Of a DNA stretch of 64,000 bases, positions 34,886-48,451 are shown one piece after another. The translations under genes were made by a program, and so were the position numbers. Origin of the DNA: Flaccisagitta enflata (Eukaryota); the NCBI GenBank assembly GCA_965153355.1, contig OZ231126.1, positions 2,480,001 to 2,544,000 on the forward strand, in the 5' to 3' direction. Below the pieces are notes generated by a model. It ran no database searches, was not told where the DNA came from, and saw only the letters and a list, made by a program, of their open reading frames with translations. The number at the start of each line of letters is the position of its first letter. Position 1 is the stretch's first letter.

Positions 34886-35300
34886 ATATGCAAATACCTT
34901 CATTTCAAAATCATGCAGCATTACCAGTTTGATATCGGTAAAAATTGGTACAAACACAAACCAACCGATGTTGTTAGGAATGGAGATGTTGAAATAATCT
35001 ATGACCAAGTACTAACAACCTCACGGCCAATTGGAGCTAACTGCCCAGATGTTGTTATGAAGGATAAAGTACTTAAGAAAGCACTTATAATTGATTTGGT
35101 GTGTCCGGTCAACACCAATGTGGGAAAAAAGGAATGGGAAAAAGTTGCAAAATATACAGAGTTAAGGGTCAAGCTGGAAAAATATGGGGTTTGGACGCTA
35201 AAACAGTCCCTATTGTAGGTAGACTGGGTGCCATCACCAAAAACCTGGAAGATGAACTGTCTAAAATCCCAGGCTGCCCTGACCAATTTATGACGCAGAG
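34882..35300 (+). mobile_element. Degenerate restriction-like endonuclease (RLE) domain of an R4/Dong/NeSL/R2-type non-LTR retrotransposon
   Basis: WYKHKP..IIYDQ...T..ANCPDVV.KDK...IIDLVCP...EKVAKY..L, then after a frameshift near 35180, IWG..TVPIVGRLGAI: the PD..D..K-Y RLE pattern. Abuts a (CT)n tract. Confidence 0.85.
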
Positions 35301-36041
35301 CAGAATCCGGCCGTCAGAGTTCAGTCGTCTGAATTTAGGGCCCCTTACCAATCTTTTTGTGTACATGCAATGAATTGGCCCGTCGATTTACACTTGGTAT
35401 ACCTACTATCAGATATATTATCCATAAAAAAACAATATTGAGCCGAGGCAATGGCGCTAGGCAGGTCTAAACTGCTTAGAAATTGAGGAATACTTAAGGA
35501 AACTGAGTGCCAAGGCCCAATTGTGCCATTGAGTAAAGCACATGGTACAGCAATGCCAACACTGCTGACACCCAAATGATCAGACCTAGACCCAATTATA
35601 GTATATTTTGTGCTACAAAAAAAGTTTGAAGGCTCTTGGACTTGCATCATGTCCGTAAGCTAATTCCGCAAAGCAGAGGTCAGGATGACAATGACTTTTT
35701 AAGTATTTGTGAAATTTGAGTATTATAATGTAAAATGGCTATAGAATCATAAGGGAATGGGTGTGTTTGATAGGTTATAGTGTTGTTACATGTTAAACAG
35801 CATTACTGGTCGGTATGCACCTTGTGACACTTATCTAACTAGGTTTACAAGATTTTCAAGAAGATTTTTGATTGATTTTCACAATTTCGAAAATAGTATT
35901 TTCAATCTTGAGAATTTCAAATCTTTAAAAGAAATAAAAATTTTGCATTTTTGAAAACATACCGGCCTCCGTATTACAAATGGCTAGCCTGGTATGTTTC
36001 TGCGTAATTCCGTTGGTCCATCCCTTCGTCCCTCCATCCGA

Positions 36042-36082
<41 letters not shown>

Positions 36083-36139
36083 TTTTTCTTTCTTTCTTTC
36101 TTTCTTTCTTTCTTTCAATCTTTCTTTCTTTCATTCTAG

Positions 36140-36177
36140 CCGTTTGTGACTGTACAAGAGGGAGTGTCCCTTGTGAG
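36140..36177 (+). CDS. Candidate small exon (SVCDCTRGSVPCE)
   Basis: Long pyrimidine tract plus ctag / gtagct; phase 1-0, compatible with the exon ending at 21543. Confidence 0.4.
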
Positions 36178-36436
36178 GTAGCTCCATCTGAAAATTTGGA
36201 TGACGCTAAATCGATAAAGGTTTTTTTTGAGCGTTACTGCCCCTAAACAGCTACAAAACAGCTCCCAGACTCTCTCATACTGCCCCTGCCAACCAGCATT
36301 ACTGTCCCTGTCGACCCGAAAAGCGACTACTCATTGGCCGCGTATCCGACCTTATCATTAATCATTTATGCATCATTATCTTTTTTATTGATTTTAAAAA
36401 TTCCAATGAAACAAAAATTGCAGCTGATTTTCTTAG

Positions 36437-36449
36437 CGTTTAACTCCTG
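36437..36449 (+). CDS. Candidate 13-nt micro-exon (RLTP)
   Basis: ttttcttag / gtatgt; phase 0-1 links the 36140 exon to the 42973 exon. Confidence 0.35.
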
Positions 36450-37501
36450 GTATGTGGGTTTGTCTTCTGCTCCTCAAGATTGATTTTTTTGGGTTGATGG
36501 ATAAATTTTCATTGATAATGAGTTATGACTTGTCAACGTTTTGGACGAGATCTACACTTTATTGAATAAATGAAATGACATAAATGAATTTTACATGTGG
36601 ATAGACCGTCTGAATGATTTAGTCAATGCATGATTGTAAATATGAATAAATGAATGAATGAATGAATGAATGAATGAATGAATGAATGAATGAATGAATG
36701 AATGAATTAAATGATGGCAAATACAGAAGTACCTGTAATAATGTAATATCTGATACGGTTTTCATAGCTTTAGAAAATTATGACATAACAAAAGATATGA
36801 TTGAAGAATGGATTCATAGATGAATCAATAGAATAATAAATAAAAAAATAAAATTAATGAACAAATGAATAAATAAATCAATAAATGAATAAACAAGTTA
36901 TACAAATAATATTTCATTGTTATAGAGCAAATAAAAGATACCAACACTTAACTTTAGTTTAGAAGAAAAAAAAACCTTTTAAATTCTTATTTATGCATGA
37001 TTCTAAAAATGATTAATAAATAGATTCATGGATAACAGACAAATTGTATTTTTATACTATGCTACATCCATATTTTTAAAAATTGATAAAATAATGATAA
37101 ATTATAAATAAAATTTTAGAATTTCTTCCGACAGTTTATCCTTTCGTAATAAATTAGCTTTTTTAGCAATAAATAGCTAAAAAATCAATATTTTGCATTA
37201 ATTTTTTTTGCAATGTAATAAGTATGCATTGCCTAATAGTAATTTAATATTGGTTACCTTCAAGTTAGTGTTCTATTTTTTGACCTATATGAATGGGATC
37301 TGCCAGGCTGATCTTGCTCTGCGTCTTATGTGCCAGAAAATTTGTCTCCTGGGATCCAAGAAAATCCTACAAAATGTGCTGAGGAGGGAAAGATCAAGAG
37401 TAAGACCAAAACAACAAAATCTTCCATGAGAATGTGCGTTTCTTCCGAGATATGAACAATTTACCAAGAACTGCGTTCTTGTGATGATCCTAGTTGTATC
37501 G

Positions 37502-37948
<447 letters not shown>

Positions 37949-38276
37949 GTAGAACAAACAAAGCAGTTGACAAATGGGTATGGTAAAAGCAGTCACAATT
38001 TTCTTTTTAGGTGCGTCCTCGCATCTCTATAATTGGCTGTGTCCGTCTGTTGGTTGGTTGGTGGGTTACGCATTTATCAATGTAGCGAAATTTGTAATGA
38101 TTTTGATATCAAAGTGCATCATTGTCATCGTAATAGTCATTGTTGATATCATCATCATCATCATCATCATCATTATCACAAACATCTTTGTTGTCATTAT
38201 CATTGTCATTATCATTGTCGTTGTTGTCTTCATGTAATACTGTATAAAGTAAGACCACATAAAGTGAGACCCTATA

Positions 38277-38568
38277 CAGTCTATGGACAAAACGAGGTGA
38301 GTAGATTTTTCTGATCACCGGTATGATGCTCAGGCGTAGTTGATTTAGAAATGTAGGTTTGTAATTACCTCGTAGAAAATTACTTAGGACTGAAAGAAAC
38401 AAGCGGAAGAACGATTACTACCTGTAGTAATCATTCTTGCGTCAGTTTCATGCAGTCCTCAGTCATTTTCTTTGAGGTTATTACAAGCCTACATTTTAAA
38501 ATAAACTATGCCTAAGCATCATACCAATGATCAGCAAAATCTTCTCTTCTCGTTTTGTCCATAGACTG
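38277..38568. mobile_element. TA-flanked palindromic MITE; half copy at ~58037-58178
   Basis: ta-cagtctatggacaaaacgag ... ctcgttttgtccatagactg-ta. Confidence 0.85.
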
Positions 38569-38575
38569 TATAATT

Positions 38576-39208
38576 TAGCCTGTACCTAAATGACAAAAAG
38601 CAATAAAATCAACATTCTACGAGCAGATCATGTTGTGGGTCTGTCTCAGGCTTCTATTGAAATCAATATTGGCTTTGAAATTCTACTTTCAGCTGGCTGC
38701 GCCTTACCTTCTATAGACCCTACCCCTATAGAAAATCCAAACTTTAAAAGTTCTCAAATTCAAATTCTGACTGCAGATTTGGAATCTGCAGAAAAAACTT
38801 TCGATTGAAAGTGTTTTCCTTTTTTTGATATTCCAATTAGAAGGTGATCAAAAGTGCTTTAAAATATCGCGAAACATACCTTTCCTTTTAATTTCTTTGT
38901 AAAATCATTAAACTTACCTTTTTTTTTAAATATTTAGCGGGAATGTTAATAATGATCCCGAAGGAATTTTGAAAAAAGAAAAGCACTTTCAACAGACAGC
39001 TTTTCATGCAGATTTCAAATCTGCAGTCAAAATTTTGATTTGAGCGATTTGAAATTTTTAGTTTCATATTGACCCATGGGAAGTTCAAGTTAAGGTGCGG
39101 AAACCAAGATGCAAGATGTAAACTTTTAAAGCTGAAAATGATGACAATAGAAGCCCAAGACAGCTCGTATTTCGATTTTGTTGGTTGTAGTCATTTCAGT
39201 ACAGGCTA
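38576..39208. mobile_element. MITE
   Basis: tagcctgtacctaaatgac ... gtcatttcagtacaggcta inverted ends; internal inverted ctgactgcagatttg / aaatctgcagtcaa. Confidence 0.7.
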
Positions 39209-40194
39209 CTGTATATAGTAAGACCCAATAAAGCAAGACAATATACAGTAAGATATACAGTGAGACCTCGGTTTAAGGGATTTCTAGGGACTGACTATTT
39301 TTGTCTCTTAAATCCAAAATCCCTAAAATTGAATGTATGTTTTATTGAGGATTTTTATATCAGTTGCTGAAGATTACCAAATTCATATGTTGATTTATAA
39401 TGATTGATTTAGTTCATGGCAGAATATTCATGGCACAGATAGTTATTATTATTTTCAAACAAATTTTTTCTTGAAAATTATCTCAAAATACTATTTTTTT
39501 GTCAAAATTCATCAAATTTACCTAAAAATTCCCCTGATATAAGAGATATTTTCAAAAACTTATCTTTTAAATCCGAATATCCCTTAAATAGAGGTTCCTT
39601 AAATAGAGGTTTTTTAACATTGGAAAAGCCTGAAAAAATTTAGGACCAGACAGTGTTTTCTCCTAAATGCGGATATCCCTTAAATAGAGGTGCCACTAAG
39701 GTGGGATTCCACTGTACTTAGTTTATGTAGTCTTAACATCTGTCGCACAATTATTGATAAATGAACCTGAGGCTACCATATTTTAACTAAAGTATTTGGA
39801 CATCAATGGATTCTACCATTAGCTAAAGCAGAAAAAAATGCTTCATTTTGCTCATGAATTTCATTTGAATTGATACAGGTTAAGTCAAGTTATGCAAAAA
39901 AATGTGACAGCCTCCCAAAAAAAAGCTTCAAAATTAACAAAAAATAGCCTATCATCTTAAAAAGTTAATGGTTTCTGAATGAATACAGTTAGGGACATGC
40001 AAATTGCGCCATTTTATAGCTTTTGTAAAGCTCTTTAATTTGCTCATGAATTTTGTTTGATTTGGAAAAAGACAACATGGCTCATATGCAAAAAGATGTA
40101 AAGAGAAGAATTGTATTTTCGGAGCAATCACCATCCTTACAGGTGTAATTAATTGTAAATTAAACGGTTTTAAATAATCGAAACAAGTACAGTA

Positions 40195-42305
40195 CGAGTA
40201 TCGAAGAACTGTAAAACTCTGGGGAAGCCATATCTGCCAAACGGCTAGGATTCATAATCAAATTTTTTACCACATAATGCACCTATAGGTCTACTATGTT
40301 GTTTAAGGTTTTGGAGCCATTCCAACAAATTCATTTTTTTTAGTCCAAAAATTTTTTTTCAGTTTTTTGCTGATTTTGACTACAAAAATTACACAAAAAA
40401 AAAAATCTCTCATATGTATATTAGTTAGACACATTTACACAAATTTTATTTTTTGTTGGGGATTTTCCGCCAATTTTTGTAGCTATGACACCCAAAACTC
40501 AAAAAACACAAAAAGTGGAATATTTCCTAAGATTTTCAATAAAATTGCCTGATTTTTGGCTTGGTAGTAGTTTTAGGACTCACTAATAAGTGTGCCAAAT
40601 TTCAGCTCTTAAAATGAAATTTTGATACAGTTATGAAATTTTGAAATTTACACAAAATGCAGTATAAGACAATTTTCCATCAAAATTTTTTTTTTCAAAT
40701 AAAAAATTCTGTCAATTGTCATATTTTGATAAAATTAATAACAAATTAAAAGTCTCTAAAAAATTTTTGGGCTAGCCCTATTAAAAAAAAAAAATTTTTC
40801 TCAAAAAATGCAAAAATGACCCATTTTTTGAAGTTGAATAAAAACTGTTCCTGTCATCCGATCATCTTCTTTTTGGTGGAGTTGTTACCTGTTATCTACC
40901 CTAACTTCACCTAAAATTTGAGCTCACTGCGACATTCGGTTGCAGAGATATCGACGTTGAAAGTTACTTTGTCAGAGCAAAGTCAGTAAAATTTGCATTT
41001 TGGCCATTTTTGAGCTTGCATAAAATTTTATTTTTTCTTCCAGATACCTTCTTTTTTGCTGAAGTTACTCAAATTTATGCATATATTCATATTCCAGAAT
41101 TTCGCATTTGTCAGTGAAGCCGTTTTAGAGTTATGATGGTCCAAAGTTTCAAAAAACGCCAATTTTTTAACAAAAATTATAAAGAAAATTTTTCAAAAGA
41201 ATTGAAAAAAAAAAAGTTGTCTTCAGGGTTTTGGAATTGGGCGAATCAGATATTCTCCAATTGTTTTGACCCCCCCTTTGTAGACCATTTTTTGAAAATT
41301 TTTTGCAATTTTTTTACCCAAAGATTTGGATGAAAAATTGGTGTTTTTTGAAACTTTGGACCATCTTAACTCTAAAACGGCTTCTTTGACAAATGTGAAA
41401 TTCTGGAATATGAATATATGCATAAATTTGAGTAACTTCAGCAAAAAGGAAGGTATCTGGAAGAAAAAATAAAATTTTATGCAAGCTCAAAAATGGCCAA
41501 AATGCAAATTTTGCTGATTTTGCTCTGACAAAGTAACTTTGAACGTCAATATCTCCGCAACCGTAAGTTGCAGTGAGCTCAAATTTTAGGTGAAGTTAGG
41601 GTAGATAACAGGTAACAACTCCACCAAAAATGAAGATGATCGGATGACAGGAACAGTTTTTATTCAACCTCAAAAAATGGGTCATTTTTGCAATTTTTGA
41701 GAAAAATTTTTTTTTTCTAATAGGGCTAGCCCAAAATTTTTTTAGAGACTCTTAATTTGTTATTAATTATATCAAAATATGACAATTGACAGAATTTTTT
41801 ATTAGAAAAAAAAATTTTGATGGAAAATTGTCTTACACTGCATTTTGTGAAAATTTCAAAATTTCATAAATGTATTAAAATTTCATTTTAAAAGCTGAAA
41901 TTTGGCACACTTATTAGTGAGTCCTAAAACTACTACCAAGCCAAAAATCAGTCAATTTTATTGAAAACCTTAGGAAATATTTCACTTTTTGTGTTTTTTG
42001 AGTTTTGGGTGCCATAGCTACAAAAATTGGCGGAAAATCCCCAACAAAAAATGAAATTTGTGTAAATGTGTCTAACTAATATACATATGAGAGATTTTTT
42101 TTTAGTGTAATTTTTGTAGTCAGAATCAGCAAAAAACTGAAAAAAAAATTTTTGGACTAAAAAAAATGAATTTATTGGAATGGCTCCAAAATCTTAAACA
42201 ACATAGTAGACCTATAGGTGCATTATGTGGTAAAAAATTTGATTATGAATCCTAGCTGTTTAGCAGATATGGCTTCCCCAGAGTTTTATAGTTCTTCGAT
42301 ACTCG
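40195..42305. mobile_element. 2.1-kb TA-flanked foldback element with ~970-bp near-identical inverted arms
   Basis: ta-cgagtatcgaagaact ... agttcttcgatactcg-ta; arms ~40195-41167 and ~41333-42305. Confidence 0.92.
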
Positions 42306-42972
42306 TAGAATACTGTAGAATCAAATATAATTTGCCTCTTTACAATTAGTAAAATATAAATATATTAATGAAAATAACAGTGCTTTCACGCTCAAGAAAG
42401 AAATCCTGATAATAGTTTTTTTTATTAAAAAAACACTTTTATCACGATTCTTTCCTTGAGCGTGAAAGCACCATAAGTATAAAGAAACACCATATAAACA
42501 AAGACCAGACGCATCTTTTGCCTATTTTTCTTTAATCATATCTTAGGCTATCTTTGAGACTCACCAGAGCGTCTAAAGGCTTTTTACATATTCTGCTACT
42601 ATCTGTTTAACAAGGTCACCATCAACCTTAAGCTTTGAACCAATAGGAATTTAAAAAAGAAACTTAAAGGTCAATTTTGGCTTGAACTCCTTCTTTACCC
42701 TGTTCAAGCTGAATTCGAAATCCTTTTCCTGCATTTGAGACAACTTTTGCAAATTGTTTGCTGCTCCATGAGGGTAATGGAATACCCACATGACGCTGGT
42801 ATAGGCTCTGTCGCCTTCCAGTTAAGAGTTCCAACCACCCTGGGTATGAGGTGATGATGAAAAGGATAGAATTGGCAGCGGCCCCGGCAGAAGCAGCGGA
42901 GGCGGAAGTGGAAGCGGGCCGGCAGCGGTAGCGGTAGCGGCAGGTCGCAATGATTTTATTTTGCAATTTCAG

Positions 42973-43095
42973 CGATCCGGAAAGGTTACGATATAACTCG
43001 CCAAGGGGCCGGCGAAAGATGTCAATGGGTTATACCACCTGGTGGTACAGGAATCAAAAGACTTCATGAATGCCATTTTGGAGACACGGAAGGAG
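42973..43095 (+). CDS. Candidate exon resembling an FReD N-terminus (IRKGYDITRQGAGERCQWVIPPGGTGIKRLHECHFGDTEG)
   Basis: atttcag / gtacgt; open phase 1-1; I-P-x-G...C..DTEG pattern. Confidence 0.55.
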
Positions 43096-43593
43096 GTACG
43101 TCGTTATATCATTGCCATAGGCATACAGATCTGGGGGTAAGTCGTTTTTACATGCATACTCTCATCAGAGGGTTTGTCCGTCCGATGGTCGATCCTGTTC
43201 AAAAAAGGCCTTTATAGACATTGAGAGACAGATATAGAGATAGACACGAGATAGAGAGACACACAGACAGAGATAGAGATGAAATTGGCTGGTCAAGCAT
43301 TTTGTGACTGTGATCTAGGCAGTCTGTCTATTCTGTTTTGGTTGTTTTTTTTTATCATTGCTGTGTCATTTCTGTGTCGGTTTCTTTCGTATTGACGGCT
43401 AAGATCTAAAAACAAATTGAAACATGTGAGAAAATTGTGCACTTTGGAAAATTTTCAGAGTACTAAGTATGAACGCCTGCTCTAAATTTTTGTCGCAAGT
43501 TGCTAGTGCTGGTGGGTAAGTGCATGTAGGAAGTATACAGTCAGTGTAGAAAACATGATTTAATGATGATAGGTATATGTAACTTACCATTAG

Positions 43594-44181
43594 ATTTTAT
43601 CCAACTCATCGATAATAATCAAAATCTGGTATGCAACAACTGGTAGTTGAAGTTGCAGCTGTTACAAAATTGAAACACTATTACCAAATATTGTAAACAC
43701 CATTTTGTTTATTACAGCCGGGTGTGATTTCAATAACTGATTGTTGCATACATCCTTTTGTTCGTAAACCGGGAGTTGGATCAAAGTCAACGGTATGAAA
43801 TATACACCTACTACGTTTTATCCACTGTATAGGGGCACTATGGTAAAAATGGTGACGCGAAAACACGCAAAATCAACAGTTGTGACCAACTGATGTAGGG
43901 ACCGATGGACAGACCAACAGACCAAAGAGTGGCTTATAATAGAATAGTCGTGTGGCACGCAGCTAAAAAGAAAAAAATCTTATGCCAAATTGCTAAGCAC
44001 ATCCAGTGATACCACTTCAATGTTTGTCTGCTTCATAGTCTGAGTATTCAATGAAAATAATTCAACGTTTTTTGTGAGTACCTGATAACAATTTTTGGAT
44101 AGCATATACCATGATATGACGGCGTTCCTCCGAAGGCAACATTTGTGTTTCAACAGGAGCCAAAGTAAAAAATCAAAATGA
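43594..44181 (+). CDS. Cluster of candidate small exons 43594-43628, 43718-43792, 44039-44073, 44157-44181 ending in TGA
   Basis: Each has an AG acceptor and the first three a GT donor; phases chain 1-0, 0-0, 0-2, 2-stop (DFIQLIDNNQNL / PGVISITDCCIHPFVRKPGVGSKST / SEYSMKIIQRF / LSQSKKSK*). No diagnostic motif. Confidence 0.3.
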
Positions 44182-44787
44182 TTGAAACTGAATGATTAAA
44201 CTAAAAAAATCATTGAGATATATCATGATTGATATTCTTTTGCATAACTTGCATTCAAACATGAAAAAGATCCAAATGAAGCTACAAATAATGAAGAAAA
44301 TATAATGCAAATCATTGAAAATTTTATTTTTTGTAACTGACAGGGGGCTTGTTGAAATTCTAAGATTGCATAGAAAATCAAATAACAAAAAAACAAAAAA
44401 CATAGTTCTTTTCCAAAATGGATTATGAAGAGAACTATGTTTTTGGAAATGCAAAATTTCCCTGCATTTGAGTCTTAGAATTTCAACGGCAAGAACAAAC
44501 AAAAAAATTTAAGCAAAATTTCATAAAAAGCCTTGATTTTCTTGCTTTTCTCATGTAAATTGCATTGTAAAAATCATTTTTGAGGTCAGAATATGAAAGA
44601 AATGTATACACCAAGTGTCTTTAGCGACAATTCATCTTTTGAAATCATTCTTGCACTATTATTATCCTAAAAATGATGCAAAAAGTATGGTGAAACACTT
44701 ACTTTTCCTTCAAAAATTTACCGTCATATGAAAGAGTTGCTGATTGTCTCTTGATGATGTCATGTAAATCAAGTCCCTGTTTGTCAG

Positions 44788-44886
<99 letters not shown>

Positions 44887-45396
44887 AATGTTGGACATTT
44901 CATTTGGGAAATTTTTAATTTTGTTTTTTTCTCAATCTGAGTTTTTTTTAGCTAAACCATCAAACAAGATTGAAATCACCCTAAAATTGGAGCATATGAC
45001 CTGCAAGCGGCCACGCAACTCAATCAGAGGCTTTGTCCATCCATCCGTCCATCCGTCCATTGGTCTGTCCATTGGTCAATCAGACACGCTCGAGTCGAGC
45101 GTGTGTTGGTTTGTTTGTGTGCGTGTGTGTGCATCTGAAATAATGAACCTCACTCTTTTAATTGTTTTATTTACCTTTGATTAATTTCTTTTCCTGCTTT
45201 GGCTGGTCAAAATACTTGTCTGAATGGGTTATCCAATAAGGATTCCAGTAGAGTATTTTTTTCTCTTCTCAGCCAAAGGAGAGACAGACTTTTCTAGTTT
45301 TTAATAAAAAAAAAAATGATCTTGAAAAAAAAATTAAATCTGGTTATGAAATAGATAATATAATTCAAGTAACGAGTATTCTGAGAATTCTCCTAT

Positions 45397-45627
<231 letters not shown>

Positions 45628-45819
45628 AGAGGCTGAATGCCCCTGACCATCTGTCCGCGTCAGTTTCGTGGCACCACGTCACTTTTTTGAAGGTGCGCCA
45701 ACGCACCTTTGTAACCGTTCGTGTCTTTCCATTGGTCTGTCTTTTTGTCACTCAAACGTTTAGCGATCCACCCCTTGCACCTTGTGGCTTACTTGGCTTT
45801 CTTCTACTACCCTACACAG

Positions 45820-46259
45820 CTCGCGATGGATTGACTCGAGTTGTAAACGGCCCAGATCTATATGATACGAGTATCTACCGCCCTACGTGCTTCATGGGAC
45901 GAATGGAAGTTATCAAGCCCAGCAAAGGGGTAAATCGATGGGGTCAAGTTTGCGATGATGGTATCAGATATAGCCATTCTGCTACCAATCGGGCTGGAGG
46001 CGTCGTTTGCCGGGATTTAGGCTACGATCTTGGTATCGCTTACGGCGTCACAATCCACGATATGTCCTTGTTCAATGGAGCACCCGCTTCTTTTCAAAAG
46101 TTCTGGATAGACGACCTAAAGTGTCATGACGGGAAGTTGCCTAAATATACTAGTATATTTCAATGTGGAAAAAAAGCTTATGGATCCCACAACTGTAATT
46201 TCTATAATCCCCCAGACTATTACGAGGAGACTGGAGTCGATTGCTCAAAACATTCGTGA
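45820..46259 (+). CDS. Terminal exon encoding a scavenger receptor cysteine-rich (SRCR) domain
   Basis: RVVNG..C.GRMEV..WGQVCDD..VVCRDLG..FWIDDLKC..SIFQC..GSHNC..ETGVDCS follows the SRCR consensus; pyrimidine tract plus cacag acceptor (phase 1); TGA stop; AATAAA at 46406. Confidence 0.93.
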
Positions 46260-46405
46260 TGCGCCAAGTCCTTTCTTTGCGTGTTTATGCTTGAAACTTT
46301 AACGTGTTCATGTTTGTGACATGGAAAATGAAAAAAGTTCGTACTGCACAAAAATTTTCCTAGTCCACAAGTGGAAATGAAGCTAGGATTTGTGTAGACA
46401 GAAGA

Positions 46406-46411
46406 AATAAA
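46406..46411 (+). terminator. Candidate polyadenylation signal after the SRCR exon
   Basis: AATAAA about 150 nt downstream of the stop codon. Confidence 0.45.
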
Positions 46412-48054
46412 AGGGTGTGCTCTCAGGCGGATCACCCATTAGGTTTAAAAGGTTTTAGCCTAGGGCCACGCGTCACAGGGGGGGGGGGGTCGCGCCTGCA
46501 GTCCCCACACCAATAATAGATAAGAGAAAAAAAAGAAAAAAAAGAAAAAAAATGGAAAGGCCAACACCTATGAGACGAGTACAGGACTTACATAATTAAT
46601 TACATAATCACAAAACAAAAACGACTTTAACTGAATTTGATTGACTTAAGAAGACTTAAAATGATTGAAAATGACCTGAAATGACTTAAATTGACCTAAA
46701 CAGACTTGAATTGACCTAAAATGCTAAAAGGACTTAAGTGACTAAAATGACTCAAATTGACCTAGAATGACTTGAATTGACCTAGATTGACTTATGTTGA
46801 ATTTAACTGACCTCAATTGACATATATTGACCTAAATTTACTAAAAAGATAAGAATAAATAAAATGACCTAAAGTGGTTTAAAATGATCATATTTTACTT
46901 AATTGATTTACAATGAGTTGGTAGGAAAAAATAAACATTGATTATTAATTTCGGAAACACTTTCTAGATTTAAAGTCATTACAGTCTATGGAAAGCTTAG
47001 TCCAAAAAAGCGTGATAGCTAATGGCAGTCGTAGAACTAATTCCTTTTAGCTAATAATTGAGGGCATTTTTTTGCAACCGTAGAAGGACCGTCAATACTA
47101 GAGATATAAGAGAAAAGCGGGGGACAAAATATAAGTTAAAACGACAAACTTAAATACGACTAAAATGCAACTCAAATAAGATTCAAATATAACTCAAACG
47201 CAACTGCAATAATAATTCAAATATTATTTACCAATGTTCCTGGACGAGGGTGAACGAACGAATTTAAACGAAAGCTAATTTATGCAATGACGAGAGACAA
47301 CAACACCAACTAAGGAAAGCAAATAGGAGGACACGGTCTACAAGACGCTTAAGTCAAGGTGCAAACGAAGGGGCAATTTTCATGGTCAAATCATATTCTA
47401 GAAAATAAATAAAATGATGAATTCACATTTCTTTAAAAAGAAATCATATTTTCAGTAAAACTTGTTTATTTGATTGCTTTGAGAATCATTTATGTGTACA
47501 AAATCAGTTGGAAAAAATTGTGAGAAAATAAAGAATTCCTTGACTTGTCTTACGTGAAATTCTTAATCTGTCTCTGAATACTTAAATTTGCACTTCTAAA
47601 AACATGGCCCTGTTCTTAAGACATATAAGAAAGGGGCCATGTTCTTAGAAATGCAAAATTTTGCATTCAGAGAGATATTAAGAATTTCATGCAAAATGAT
47701 TTTCCAAATTTTCATTTCCTGTGCACTGCAACTTAACGACTCGACTAACGGTTGACAAATCAGAGGACGAGGTAGGGGACATAAGAAACGATGAGGGTAA
47801 ACTAGGGCAAAACGCAAGGGGAAATGAGGTAGGGGACGGGCAAACCGTATACGATATGACGCTCACAAAATATGACGAGAATAAGTGACACTGTCATTTT
47901 ATTCACTTCAGACGATTCAGTGATTTTTGGTCAATTTAGATCATTTCGAGTCATTTAAAGACATTTTAGGTCATTAGAGGTCAATTTAAGTCATTTTAGT
48001 CATTTCATTCATTAAAGTCATTTTTGTGATTTTAGGTCAATTTAAGTCAATTTA

Positions 48055-48451
48055 CAGAGGAAGGAGAAATATAAGATGTGAACCCCCTAAAACTGTAGCA
48101 CCCCCCTTACAGCTCAAATTATATCAATAAATGATAAATTTAATGTTGCTAATTAAAGCTTATGACAATTCAAGTGGCGCCACCAAAGCAATTTTGCAAT
48201 TTCCATTCCAGTCTCAAATCATAATGGAAAATCCTTGATTTTAAGAACTTATAATAATAATTGATTTTAATACTTTATTAAGCTCTATCTTCACTTAAAA
48301 AAAAAAATAAATAATCGCTCTGGTGACGCCCCTGTATTGATTTAAACATTTTTCCTCTACCTTTAAAAAGTCTATAATCTAATCGATTAAAGCTGTAGGT
48401 GGGGTGCTACAGTTTTCAAGGGGTTCACGCCTTATATTAACCTTCTATCTG
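48055..48451. mobile_element. TA-flanked MITE, same family as 28266-28663
   Basis: ta-cagaggaagg..tataagatgtgaacccc ... ggggttcacgccttata..ccttctatctg-ta. Confidence 0.8.

Noticed and set aside
44951-45002. Exon AKPSNKIEITLKLEHMT linking to the SRCR exon
   Set aside because: No GT donor; it would need a weak GC donor.
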